A stretch of DNA of 40,301 nt from a bacterium (GCA_041640435.1 JBEQAH010000001.1:1-40301); one strand, 5' to 3'; counted from the stretch's first letter, positions 1 to 9,454 are shown. The notes: a model not told the origin generated them from the sequence alone. Translations and numbers: made by a program.

Positions 1-1561
1 CGAAGGCCAGAGCGTCCGCGGCCGCTCCCACGTCCTCGTCCCCGATGAGGCCGGCTTCGCCCGCAGCCCGCAGCCGCTGGAACGTGTTGCGTTCCGCCGC
101 CCCCGCTGCCAGAGCCAGAACCCGAGCGGCGCACACCACGGGCGCGACGAGGCCGGTTTTGAGATCCAGCTGCCCTCCGGAGGCGCGCAGGGATCGGAAC
201 GGACCCAGGGGTACCTGGAAGCCCAGGCACGAGCGCGCCAGGTGTGCCAGGAGGACGGGCAAGCCCTGCGCCGACCTCAGGACGTCCTCGAGGGGCTCCA
301 GCGGCAGAGTCCCACCCACCGATCGGAAGTCGGCGAACACCTGGAAATGGATCAGGTTCTCGCCTTGGGGGTCTGCCATCCACGACCGGAACGTAGCGGC
401 CCAAGCTGCCACAGACATGCGCCAGCGGGTGGCCATGTAGCCGCCCGGGCACGGCGGGAAACCGGCGGCGGCTAGGCCCCTGGCCATCTCCTCCGCAAGT
501 GGGCTGAAGTACTCGTCGTGCCCTTCCGTACCCAACACGAGGAAGTTGTCCTGGTCCGTGGGGAGCACCTGCTCCTCACGCCCCTCTGAGCCGCACACGG
601 CCCAGACGAAGGGAACCGGCGGGCTCCCCAGTTTGTTCTGGGCGTCCCGTAGGAGCCTGCGGCACAGCGCGCCATGAAGGTGCGACACTACCCGGCACAC
701 CTGGGCGATCTCCACCCCGGCGCCCAGCAACGCCTGCGCGGTCTGCGCCACCTCCTCCGCGTACCGCGCGACCTCTCCGGCCTCCAGCCGCTTCCACAGG
801 AACAGCGGGCTGTGCGCCTGCAGCCGGACCAGGTCGGTGTCCGTGATCATCCCCACGACCCGGTCTCCGCGGACGACCGGAAGGTGGTGGACCCCGAGTT
901 CCAGCATGCGCAGCACCGCGGCGAAGGTGGGTAAATCCGCGTCGACGACGTGCACAGGGCTGCTCAGGATCTCCCGCACCGGCGTGTCTCCTCCCAGACC
1001 GCGGGCCAGGACGCGGGTGCGCAGATCCCGGTCGGTGAGGATGCCCACCACCTGGCGGAGGGGAATCGAGCCGGCTTCGGTCCCCGGCGCGGTGGCGACG
1101 AGCACGGAACTGATCGCTTCCCGGGCCATCCGTTGGGCAGCCTCGCGGCAGGTGGCTTCTGGCAGCACCCACACCGGGGGCCGTCGTACCAGGGCACCCA
1201 CCTCGTCCAGCAGACCCGGCTCCGCCGTCACCGGCGGGCGCGCCACCGCCTCCACCACCTCCACCGGCCAGCGGTACAAGAGGACGTCCTCCTCGGCGTG
1301 CACTCGTAGGGGGCCCGCGAACGTGCCGAGGGTTCCTCCGAAGACCTCACCCTCCTCCAGGTGCGCCGTCCGTCCGTCCCTCTCCACCCGCACCGCGCCT
1401 TTGCGCACCAGGTACACGTAGCTGCGGGACGCCTCGGGCGAGGCCACCAGGCCTCCGCGGGGCACGTACACGATCTCCATCGCGGCGACGAGCCTGGCGA
1501 CCGCCGCCTCGGGCAGCGGGCCGAAGGGCCGGGTGGCGCGCACGAACGAGAGAGGATCCAC
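1..1561 (-). CDS. cNMP-binding / tandem CBS / DUF294-type nucleotidyltransferase signal-transduction protein (C-terminus runs off the window start)
   Basis: Absent from the ORF track because no stop lies inside the window. My translation of the minus strand starts at GTG (1561-1559) and stays open to position 1. It reads VDPLSFVRATRPFGPLPEAAVARLVAAMEIVYVPRGG...YLVRKGAVRVERDG (cNMP-binding-like). Two CBS-like repeats follow (VVGILTDRDLRTRV; VVGMITDTDLVRLQ). The DUF294 NTase signature WAVCGSEGREEQVLPTDQDNFLV is present. The start lies 2 nt after the kinase stop. Confidence 0.8.
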   Translation of the reverse strand, partial: MDPLSFVRATRPFGPLPEAAVARLVAAMEIVYVPRGGLVASPEASRSYVYLVRKGAVRVERDGRTAHLEEGEVFGGTLGTFAGPLRVHAEEDVLLYRWPVEVVEAVARPPVTAEPGLLDEVGALVRRPPVWVLPEATCREAAQRMAREAISSVLVATAPGTEAGSIPLRQVVGILTDRDLRTRVLARGLGGDTPVREILSSPVHVVDADLPTFAAVLRMLELGVHHLPVVRGDRVVGMITDTDLVRLQAHSPLFLWKRLEAGEVARYAEEVAQTAQALLGAGVEIAQVCRVVSHLHGALCRRLLRDAQNKLGSPPVPFVWAVCGSEGREEQVLPTDQDNFLVLGTEGHDEYFSPLAEEMARGLAAAGFPPCPGGYMATRWRMSVAAWAATFRSWMADPQGENLIHFQVFADFRSVGGTLPLEPLEDVLRSAQGLPVLLAHLARSCLGFQVPLGPFRSLRASGGQLDLKTGLVAPVVCAARVLALAAGAAERNTFQRLRAAGEAGLIGDEDVGAAADALAF

Positions 1562-1563
1562 TC

Positions 1564-2793
1564 TCAGCGCATCGGCAGCCGCAGGTGCACCGTGGTGCCG
1601 CGGCCGGGGGCGGATTCGATTCGCAGGCCATAGCCGTCGCCGTACAGCCTGCGGAGGCGCTCCGTGACGTTCGCAAGCCCCACTCCGCGCCGGCCGGTCC
1701 GGCGCTCGCCCTCGGCGCGAGGGCGCAGCAGCTCCGCCACCCGCTCGGGCGGCATCCCCACCCCGTCGTCCCGCACCACCACGTGGACCCGCAGGGTGAG
1801 CAGGTCCAGCCGGGCTCGGATCTCCACGGTGCCTGGGCCGTTCTTCGGCGCGATGCCGTGCCGCACCGCGTTTTCCACCAACGGCTGGATGGACAGCGCG
1901 GGAACGCCGATCTTCAGGACCTGCGGGTCGATGTCGTACACCACCCGCAGCCGATCGCGGAAGCGAGCCTGCTCGATGAACAGGTAGTCGCGGATGCACT
2001 GGTACTCGTCCGCGAAGGGGATGATCTGGCCCTGCAGCTGCATGCTCATGCGGAACAGGTCCGCGAGCCGCAGCAAAATCCTCCGAGCGGTTTCCGGATC
2101 GTCCCGCAGGTAGCTCACTACGGTGTTGAGGGTGTTGAAGAAAAAGTGCGGGTTGATCTGTGCCCGCAGAGCCCGCAGCTCAGCCTCCGCGGCCAACCGG
2201 GCCTGCTGGTCCATGTACGCCAGTTCCAGCTGCATGGCGAGGAAGCGGGCGAACAACTCCGCGGACCGCGACACCTCCTCCACGGAGCTGACGTCCGGCG
2301 CCAGCACCAGCGCGAGAGCCCCCACCGCCTCCCGCCGGTGGACGAGGGGGAAACCCACGGCGACTCCCGCGGGTCCGTCGCGCCGCTGCGGGCGCACCTG
2401 GCTGCGGGCGCCGCGGATCACCTCCTCCACCACGGCCTGAACCGCGGGGTCTAGCGCCGCAGGACCACGGAGGGCCAACACCTCCTGGCGGTTGGCCACC
2501 GCCGCGGCCAACACGCCCCCCAGCCGCACCAACATCTGGGCCGTCTCCTCCGCAGCATTCCGGTTCAGGCCGTCCCGTAGAACCGGAAGAGGTTCCGGCA
2601 GGCTCGGCAGGGTCCCCCGCCGGCCGAACCCCACCTGAACCACACTGAGTCGGCCCACCAGCAGGGCCAGCACCCCGTTAAACAGACCCACGGAGACCGC
2701 CAGGGGGACCGGATCCGCCCGTACCAGGGAGGACAGAACGATGGTCTCCAGGATGGTCAGTAGCGCCGCACTGGCCGCGGCGATGCGAAGCAC
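1564..2793 (-). CDS. LytS/YehU-family sensor histidine kinase (2 TM + GAF-like + His_kinase + HATPase_c)
   Basis: The ORF 1564..2889 contains the LytS-type phosphoacceptor box INPHFFFNTLNTV. ATPase motifs are present: QPLVENAVRHG (N box), DDGVGM (G1) and RRGVGLANV (G2). There are two N-terminal hydrophobic helices. I prefer the GTG at 2793 because GGGGGGAGG lies 6 nt upstream. The longest ORF start at 2889 remains possible. Confidence 0.85.
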   Translation of the reverse strand: MLRIAAASAALLTILETIVLSSLVRADPVPLAVSVGLFNGVLALLVGRLSVVQVGFGRRGTLPSLPEPLPVLRDGLNRNAAEETAQMLVRLGGVLAAAVANRQEVLALRGPAALDPAVQAVVEEVIRGARSQVRPQRRDGPAGVAVGFPLVHRREAVGALALVLAPDVSSVEEVSRSAELFARFLAMQLELAYMDQQARLAAEAELRALRAQINPHFFFNTLNTVVSYLRDDPETARRILLRLADLFRMSMQLQGQIIPFADEYQCIRDYLFIEQARFRDRLRVVYDIDPQVLKIGVPALSIQPLVENAVRHGIAPKNGPGTVEIRARLDLLTLRVHVVVRDDGVGMPPERVAELLRPRAEGERRTGRRGVGLANVTERLRRLYGDGYGLRIESAPGRGTTVHLRLPMR

Positions 2794-3137
2794 CCGCTGC
2801 CTCCCCCCGTTACTGCTCCATACCCCTTGATACCACTTGTCCTGGATCCGCGGGAGATTCCTCCCTCCATTCACCCCCAGTTCCACCACCGCTCACCGGC
2901 CCCCTCACCTGGCCCCTCCGCACGCTCGGCCCGGTCGCTCCACCCGTTCACCTCTCCCTCAACCCCTTCCATCCCCTCCTCACCTCTGCTCACGGGCTAT
3001 CCCTTGCCGCGGGAGGCGACTCCCCCCTTCCCTAGAGTCGGGGGTTGGCCTCCGAGCACAAGCACCGCAGCATTCATAGGACCTGCATCCGGAGACTTCT
3101 CGGGCCCGTGTCCAGGGCACAAAGGGGGGATGAGTAG

Positions 3138-3512
3138 GTGGCTGCGCCGCTCGAGCACCCGGAAGAACACCTGCCGGACAAGCACAAAGTGTGGTACTGG
3201 AGCCGGCTGATCCGGGTTACCGCTGTGTTCTTCGTTCTGTGGACCGTGATCGCGGTCTGGTGGCACATCCCCGCGCCCTACGTTTGGCGCAACGTTCTGT
3301 TATTCGGCAACATGCCCCTTCATTGGTACCTCGCCGCCTTCATCAGCATCTGGGTGGGCGTTTTGATGATCTTCGTCTATCACGCGATCATGAGCAGAAC
3401 CGATGAGGAGCTTCGCCTCCGCGCCCTGGAAGATTGGGAAGAGCTTCCCGAGGATGTGAAGCTGAGCCTGCGCCTCGCGGGCGCCGCGCCCGGCGGGGCT
3501 GCCAGACCGTGA
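3138..3512 (+). CDS. DUF4212-like small membrane subunit of a sodium:solute symporter
   Basis: GTG start preceded by AAAGGGGGGA. The 124-aa product has two hydrophobic helices (VTAVFFVLWTVIAVWW; WYLAAFISIWVGVLMIFVY). It ends 12 nt before the symporter gene, which is the typical small-subunit arrangement. Confidence 0.7.
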   Translation: MAAPLEHPEEHLPDKHKVWYWSRLIRVTAVFFVLWTVIAVWWHIPAPYVWRNVLLFGNMPLHWYLAAFISIWVGVLMIFVYHAIMSRTDEELRLRALEDWEELPEDVKLSLRLAGAAPGGAARP

Positions 3513-3524
3513 GGAGGGAAGGCC

Positions 3525-5336
3525 ATGCGAGTTCACCCAGAAGTGCGCCGGGTCCTGATCCCCTCAGTTGTGGGGTACGTTCTCATCATCCTCCTGCTGG
3601 CGGCGCTGTTCGGTCCCCGGGTGGCCTCAGGATGGATGGTCATCGGATCCATCCTCATGTACATCTCGATCGCGTACGTAGCGCGCGGGACCACCGCCCA
3701 TGCCTTGTACGTAGCTGAGCGCAGGATCCCGCCTGTGATCAACGGAGCAGCCACCGCCGCGGACTGGATGAGCGCCGCCAGCTTTCTGAGCATGGCCGGA
3801 GCCATCGCCCTGTTGGGGTACGACGGCCTTCCGTACATCATCGGATGGACCTTGGGGTACACCGTCCACGCGTTCTTCATCGCTCCGTACGTGCGCAAGT
3901 CCCACACGTGGACGGTCCCGGACCTGGTGGAAACCCGCGCCGGGGGGTACGGGCCCGCGCGGGTCATCGCGGTGATCATGCTGTTCATCACCTCCCTCAC
4001 CTACCTCACCGCTCAGCTGGTCGGCGCAGGAGTGGTCTTCAGTCGCTTCCTCGGGATTCCGGCCCAGATCGGCGTGTTCGGCGCCCTGTTCGGGATGGGC
4101 ATCTACGCCGCCAGCGGAGGCTGGAAGAGCATCACGTGGACCCAGTTCGCGCAGTACATCGTGCTCATCGTTGCCTACGTGGGTGCCGCCTTCCTGGTGG
4201 CCACCCTCGTGGGGATCTGGAAACCCCTGCCGTGGTTCGGCTACGGTGAGCTGATCCAGGCGCTGCAGGCGCGCGAAGCCCAGCACGGGCTGACGCCCTG
4301 GACGACCCCGTTCGCGAAACCCCTGGGGGGTGCTGCGGGGCAGTTGAACTGGATCCTCTCCGCGCTCCTGCTGATGCTCGGGACCATCGGGCTCCCCCAC
4401 ATCCTCATGCGGTCGTACACCACGCCCACCGCCTCCGCGGCCCGCTTGAGCGTGGGCTGGGCGCTGTTCTTCATCGGCTTGCTGTACTGCACCGCGCCCA
4501 TGTACGCCGCCATGGCCCGTTACGCCTTCAGCGGGCTGTGGGGCCGACCCATCTCGGAGATCCAGAACGTCCCCTGGGTCGCGAAATTCCTCCCCACGGG
4601 CCTCATCAAGATCGACGACGCCAACGGGGACGGCGTCCTGCAGGCGGCGGAACTGGTCTTCCATGGGGACATCGTGGTCATCGGGATGCCCGACATGTGG
4701 AACCTGGCATGGTGGATCGCGCCCTTCGTGGCCGTGGGAGGCCTGGCCGCAGCCTTGAGCACCGCGGACGGCCTGCTCATGGTGATGGTGACCGGCATCA
4801 CCCGGGACATCTACCACCGGTTCATCAACCCGAACGTCTCCGAGGAGGTGGAGGTTCGGATGACCCGGGTGCTGGTCATGGTGCTCTCGGTGGCGGCCAG
4901 CTTCCTGGCGTTCCTGGCGATCCAGGATCCACGGTTCGCCCTGTACGTGGCTCTGTTGGTGGGCTGGGCCTTCGTGTTCGCCGCAGCCAGCTTCACCCCT
5001 GCGGTGGTGCTGGGCACCTTCTGGAAGCGCCTGAACCGCTATGGGATCGTCTGGGGAATGGTGGCGGGCATGGCCACGGCCCTTCCCTACGTGCTGGCCG
5101 TGGGGGTCTTCCAGGCCAAGCCCCTCTCCCTGTTCGGACAGCCCGTCGGGACCATCGGGTGGGGCGTGGTGGCCTTCGCGGTGAACCTCGTAGTGTCCGT
5201 GGTGGTGTCCCTGCTCACACAGCCAGAAGGCGCGGAGGTCATGCGTTTCGTGGACCGCATGCGGCTGCCTGAGTTGGCACGGGTGCCTGCGGTGGCGGGT
5301 GCTTCCCAGGAGGGCGACCGACCTTCCTCAGGCTAG
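3525..5336 (+). CDS. sodium:solute symporter (SSS family, ActP / VC_2705-like monocarboxylate permease)
   Basis: 603 aa and polytopic. It has the conserved SSS stretch NGAATAADWMSAASFLSMAGAIALLGYDGLPYIIGWT and lies immediately upstream of two acyl-CoA synthetase genes. Confidence 0.85.
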   Translation: MRVHPEVRRVLIPSVVGYVLIILLLAALFGPRVASGWMVIGSILMYISIAYVARGTTAHALYVAERRIPPVINGAATAADWMSAASFLSMAGAIALLGYDGLPYIIGWTLGYTVHAFFIAPYVRKSHTWTVPDLVETRAGGYGPARVIAVIMLFITSLTYLTAQLVGAGVVFSRFLGIPAQIGVFGALFGMGIYAASGGWKSITWTQFAQYIVLIVAYVGAAFLVATLVGIWKPLPWFGYGELIQALQAREAQHGLTPWTTPFAKPLGGAAGQLNWILSALLLMLGTIGLPHILMRSYTTPTASAARLSVGWALFFIGLLYCTAPMYAAMARYAFSGLWGRPISEIQNVPWVAKFLPTGLIKIDDANGDGVLQAAELVFHGDIVVIGMPDMWNLAWWIAPFVAVGGLAAALSTADGLLMVMVTGITRDIYHRFINPNVSEEVEVRMTRVLVMVLSVAASFLAFLAIQDPRFALYVALLVGWAFVFAAASFTPAVVLGTFWKRLNRYGIVWGMVAGMATALPYVLAVGVFQAKPLSLFGQPVGTIGWGVVAFAVNLVVSVVVSLLTQPEGAEVMRFVDRMRLPELARVPAVAGASQEGDRPSSG

Positions 5337-5349
5337 GCGTGCGGGGGGT

Positions 5350-7272
5350 GTGGGAACGGTGGAGCTGATCCCTCCACAGGTCAAAGCCCTGGTGGAGGCT
5401 GCCCGGGCCGACCCGGAAGGGTTCTGGGCCCGGGCAGCCCGGGCTCTGCCCTGGGCGCGCACCTGGGATCGGGTGTACCGACGGGACGGGGCGTCTTTCC
5501 GCTGGTTCGAGGGCGGGATCACGAACCTGTGCGCCAACGCCCTCGACCGACACGTGGAGTCAGGCCGCGCGGGTCGCGCGGCCCTCGTGTACGCCAACGA
5601 GCGCGGGGACCGACGGGTCATGACCTACGGACAACTCCTCCACGAGGTCCGTCGCCTGGCCGCGGCCCTGCGGGGAATGGGCGTGCGCAAGGGCGACCGG
5701 GTGACGGTGTACATGCCCACCTGCCCAGAGGCCATCGCCCTCATGCTCGCCTGCGTGCGCGTGGGTGCCATCCACTCGGTGGTGTTCGCGGGGTTTGGGT
5801 CGGGCGCCCTGGCGGACCGCGTGCGCGCGAGCGGTTCCAAGCTCGTGGTGACCTGTGACGTGACCTTCCGCAAGGGCCAGGAGGTCCCCCTCAAGGGCAT
5901 CGTGGACGAGGCCCTCCGCCAGGTTCCGGGCGGGGTGGAGCGGGTCGTGGTGCTCTCCCGGGGCCGGGAGGACGCCTCGCGGGAGCCCGGCCGCGACCTG
6001 GTTTGGGACGAGTTCCTGGCCAGGGCCGAAGGCCAGCCCTCGGACTGGGAACCCATGGAGGCCAACGAGCCCGCTTACATCCTGGCCACCTCGGGCACCA
6101 CCGCGCGGCCCAAGCTCGCCGTGCACACGCACGGCGGCTACCAGGTGGGCATTCACAGCGTGGCCCGGTGGTGCTTCGACCTCCAGCCCGAGGACGTCTG
6201 GTGGTCCACCTCCGACATCGGGTGGGTGGTGGGCCACAGCTACATCGTGTACGCGCCCCTGCTGGCCGGATGCACCACCGTGGCGTACGAAGGGGCCTTG
6301 GACTTCCCCGACCCCACCACCCCCTGGCGGCTGGTGGAGGAGCTGCGGGTGACAGGGATCTTCACCTCACCCACCGCGGTGCGGCTGCTCATGAAGTACG
6401 GAGAGGAACCGGCCCTGCGATGGGACCGGTCCTCCCTGAAACGGGTGGTCTGCGCGGGCGAGGTGCTGAACCCACCGGCCTGGGAGTGGTTGCAAAAACG
6501 GGTGCTGGAAGACCGCGTGCCGGTCCTGGACCACTGGTGGCAGACGGAGACCGGAGGGCCCGTGATCGGGAACCCGTACGGTGTGGCCATGATGCCCATC
6601 AAGCCGGGGTCTGCGGGGTTGCCGCTCCCCGGCATGGAGGTGGCAGTGATGACCCCGGAGGGGGAGGCGTGCGGGCCGGGGGAACGCGGAGTCCTGGTGA
6701 TCCGCCGGCCGTTCCCCAGCCTCACGCCAACCCTGTGGGGCGAGCCTGACCGTTACGCCCGGGACTACTGGCAGAGGATCCCTGGACACGAGGTGTACTT
6801 CACGGGCGACGCAGCCCAGGTGGACGAGGACGGGTACGTGTGGTTCGCGGGCCGGGCGGACGAGGTGATCAAGATCGCCGCACACCGCATCGGGACCATC
6901 GAGGTAGAGACCGCCTTCCTCAAGCACCCCGCGGTGGCGGAAGCGGGGGTGGTGGGCCGGCCCGACGAGATCCGGGGCGAGGTCATCTCCGCCTTCGTGG
7001 TGCTCAAGCAGGGGCACGAGCCCTCACCGGCTCTCCGGCAGGAGCTCGTGGACGTGGTTCGACGCGAGTTGGGGCCGGTGGCGGTGGTGGGCGAGGTGAA
7101 CTTCGTCTCGATGCTGCCCAAGACCCGCAGTGGTAAGATCATGCGCCGCGTGCTGCGCTCGGTGATCCTCGGTCGGGACCCGGGCGACATCACCACCATC
7201 GAGGACGAGGGGTCTGTGGAGGAGGCCCGGGCCGCCTGGCACCGGCTGCAGGCGGAGCTGGCGAGCAGGTGA
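5350..7272 (+). CDS. propionate/short-chain acyl-CoA synthetase (PrpE-like, AMP-forming)
   Basis: AMP-binding motifs are ATSGTTARPKLAVHTHGGY, SDIGWVVGHSYIVYAPLLAG, WWQTETG and PKTRSGKIMRR. The PrpE-like C-terminus is ILGRDPGDITTIEDEGS. The track ORF start at 5299 overlaps the symporter. GTG at 5350 or 5359 are the first starts after the symporter stop at 5336. Confidence 0.85.
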   Translation: MGTVELIPPQVKALVEAARADPEGFWARAARALPWARTWDRVYRRDGASFRWFEGGITNLCANALDRHVESGRAGRAALVYANERGDRRVMTYGQLLHEVRRLAAALRGMGVRKGDRVTVYMPTCPEAIALMLACVRVGAIHSVVFAGFGSGALADRVRASGSKLVVTCDVTFRKGQEVPLKGIVDEALRQVPGGVERVVVLSRGREDASREPGRDLVWDEFLARAEGQPSDWEPMEANEPAYILATSGTTARPKLAVHTHGGYQVGIHSVARWCFDLQPEDVWWSTSDIGWVVGHSYIVYAPLLAGCTTVAYEGALDFPDPTTPWRLVEELRVTGIFTSPTAVRLLMKYGEEPALRWDRSSLKRVVCAGEVLNPPAWEWLQKRVLEDRVPVLDHWWQTETGGPVIGNPYGVAMMPIKPGSAGLPLPGMEVAVMTPEGEACGPGERGVLVIRRPFPSLTPTLWGEPDRYARDYWQRIPGHEVYFTGDAAQVDEDGYVWFAGRADEVIKIAAHRIGTIEVETAFLKHPAVAEAGVVGRPDEIRGEVISAFVVLKQGHEPSPALRQELVDVVRRELGPVAVVGEVNFVSMLPKTRSGKIMRRVLRSVILGRDPGDITTIEDEGSVEEARAAWHRLQAELASR

Positions 7273-7341
7273 GCGGGCCCGGCCCGGCGAACCCTCCCCT
7301 CGACCCCAGCAAAAGGGAGCCGAAGGAAAGGGGGCGGATGA

Positions 7342-9312
7342 ATGGACCGCGTGCAGACCCAGGCCACCATCGAGGCCCTCCTGACGGAGACGCGTCGGTT
7401 CCCCCCTCCCTCGGAGTTCGCGGCCAGGGCCAACGTCCGTGACCCCGGGGTGTACGAGGAGGCGGAGCGCGACGTCGAGGCGTTCTGGGCTAAGCACGCC
7501 GACGCGGAGCTCTCGTGGTTCCGAAAGTGGGACCGGGTCCTGGAGTGGAACGTCCCGTGGGCCAAATGGTTCGTGGGGGGTCAGCTGAACGTCTCGTACA
7601 ACTGCGTGGACCGGCACACGCAGACCTGGCGGCGGACCAAAGCAGCCCTCGTGTGGGAGGGCGAGCCGGGGGACAGCCGGGTGCTCACCTACCTGGACCT
7701 GCACCGGGAGGTCCAGCGGTTTGCGAACGTCTTGAAGGGGTTGGGCGTGCAGAGGGGCGACCGGGTGACCATCTACATGGGCATGGTCCCCGAGCTGCCC
7801 ATCGCCATGCTGGCCTGCGCGCGCATCGGCGCCCTTCACAGCGTGGTGTTCGGCGGGTTCAGCGCGGACGCGCTGGCAGGCCGCATCCAGGATGCGCAGG
7901 CCAAGGTGCTGGTGACGCAGGACGGCGCCTGGCGGCGCGGGCAGGTGGTCCCCCTCAAGCAGTTCGCGGACCAGGCCCTGGAAAGCTCCCCTTCGGTGGA
8001 GAAGGTGGTGGTGCTGCGCCGCGCCGGGAACGAGGTCACGATGAAGCCCGGCCGCGACCTGTGGTGGCACGAGCTTGTGGAGCGCGCCGCGGCCGCCTGC
8101 CCCGCGGAGCCCCTGGACAGCGAACACCCTCTGTACATCCTTTACACCTCGGGGACCACGGGGAAGCCCAAGGGCGTGCTCCACACCACCGGGGGCTACC
8201 TACTGGGCGTGCACCTCACCACCAAGTGGGTGTTCGACCTGAAAGATGAGGACGTGTACTGGTGCACCGCGGACATCGGCTGGGTCACCGGCCACAGCTA
8301 CATCGTGTACGGGCCCCTCAGCAACGGCGCCACCTCTGTGATGTACGAAGGCGCTCCGGACTGGCCGGACAAGGACCGCTACTGGCGCATCGTGGAGAAG
8401 TACCGGGTCAACGTCCTCTACACCTCCCCCACCTTCATCCGCACGGCCATGAAGTGGGGTCCTGAGTACCCGACGCGCTGCGACCTGACCAGCCTGCGCT
8501 TGCTGGGCACCGTGGGGGAGCCCATCAACCCTGAGGCCTGGATGTGGTACCACGAGCACATCGGCGGCGGCCGCTGCCCCATCGTGGACACGTGGTGGCA
8601 GACCGAGACCGGGATGATCCTCATCACGCCACTCCCCGGCGTGACCACCACCAAGCCCGGGTCTGCCACCGTCCCCTTCCCCGGCGTTGCCGCGGACGTG
8701 GTGGACGAGCAGGGTAACTCGCTTCCCCCCAACGCCGGCGGCTACCTGGTCCTCACTCGCCCCTGGCCCGCCATGCTGCGGACGTTTTGGGGTGACCCGG
8801 AGCGGTACGTGCAGGTGTACTGGAGCCGTTTCCCGGGTAAGTACTTCACGGGCGACGGCGCCCGCCGGGACGAGGACGGGTACTTCTGGATCCAGGGCCG
8901 GGTGGACGACGTGGTGAATGTGGCCGGCCACCGTCTCAGCAACATCGAGATCGAGAGCACCCTGGTGGCGCATCCGGCGGTGGCGGAGGCGGCCACCATC
9001 GGCCGCAGCCACCCGGAAAAGGGGCAGGCGGTGTCCGCCTTCGTGGTCCTGCGGGCCGGCTACGAGCCCAGCGAGCAGCTGCGCCAGGAGTTGCGGGAGT
9101 GGGTGGCGCAGAAGATCAGCCCCATCGCGCGGCCCGACGACGTCTTCTTCTGCGCAGACCTGCCGAAGACGCGGTCCGCGAAGATCATGCGCAGGCTGCT
9201 GCGGGACATCGCGGAGGGTCGGGCCCTGGGGGACACCACCACCCTCACGGACCCCGCGGTGGTGGAACAGATCAAGCAGCGCTACGTGGAGGAGGGAAAG
9301 GAGGAGGCGTAA
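7342..9312 (+). CDS. acs: acetyl-CoA synthetase (AMP-forming)
   Basis: 656 aa with canonical Acs motifs: [74 protein letters not shown] and [11 protein letters not shown]. Confidence 0.92.
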   Translation: MDRVQTQATIEALLTETRRFPPPSEFAARANVRDPGVYEEAERDVEAFWAKHADAELSWFRKWDRVLEWNVPWAKWFVGGQLNVSYNCVDRHTQTWRRTKAALVWEGEPGDSRVLTYLDLHREVQRFANVLKGLGVQRGDRVTIYMGMVPELPIAMLACARIGALHSVVFGGFSADALAGRIQDAQAKVLVTQDGAWRRGQVVPLKQFADQALESSPSVEKVVVLRRAGNEVTMKPGRDLWWHELVERAAAACPAEPLDSEHPLYILYTSGTTGKPKGVLHTTGGYLLGVHLTTKWVFDLKDEDVYWCTADIGWVTGHSYIVYGPLSNGATSVMYEGAPDWPDKDRYWRIVEKYRVNVLYTSPTFIRTAMKWGPEYPTRCDLTSLRLLGTVGEPINPEAWMWYHEHIGGGRCPIVDTWWQTETGMILITPLPGVTTTKPGSATVPFPGVAADVVDEQGNSLPPNAGGYLVLTRPWPAMLRTFWGDPERYVQVYWSRFPGKYFTGDGARRDEDGYFWIQGRVDDVVNVAGHRLSNIEIESTLVAHPAVAEAATIGRSHPEKGQAVSAFVVLRAGYEPSEQLRQELREWVAQKISPIARPDDVFFCADLPKTRSAKIMRRLLRDIAEGRALGDTTTLTDPAVVEQIKQRYVEEGKEEA

Positions 9313-9364
9313 GCCCGGAAGACCCGAACCGCTGGGCCCGACGGGAGGGCCTGACACAAGCCGG

Positions 9365-9392
9365 TTGACAACCAGGGTCGCGGGTGTAGTGG
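9365..9392 (+). promoter_or_regulatory. possible sigma-70-type promoter upstream of the DinB-like gene
   Basis: A perfect TTGACA lies at 9365-9370, followed after 16 nt by a weak -10 TAGTGG (9387-9392). It sits in the 142-bp gap between acs and the next gene. Confidence 0.25.
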
Positions 9393-9454
9393 GGCGTTAC
9401 GCCACGGGAACGCCCGTCGGTGCAGTTGAGCCGGCGGGAAGCGGCCGTTGTTGA

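Noticed and set aside
2874-2975. A 33-codon minus-strand mini-ORF (MEGVEGEVNGWSDRAERAEGPGEGAGERWWNWG) in the purine-rich leader of the kinase.
   Set aside because: The SD-like AGGAGG is only 2-3 nt from the ATG, the composition is low-complexity, and conservation cannot be assessed. It is probably fortuitous.
3627-4817. A 396-aa minus-strand ORF. Similar ORFs lie at 7024..8184, 8200..9357, 21355..23079, 22733..24094, 23782..25164, 26196..27668, 27677..28930 and 30279..31541.
   Set aside because: All are antisense or out-of-frame shadows of strongly supported genes (symporter, acs, ALDH, Mrp, GH13, glgX, glgB, malQ). Their sequences are biased toward Gly/Arg/Pro/His.
9392-9416. The hairpin GGGCGTT-N11-AACGCCC downstream of acs, considered as a terminator.
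   Set aside because: There is no following T-run. It also lies downstream of the putative TTGACA promoter, so its role is ambiguous. Support is insufficient.
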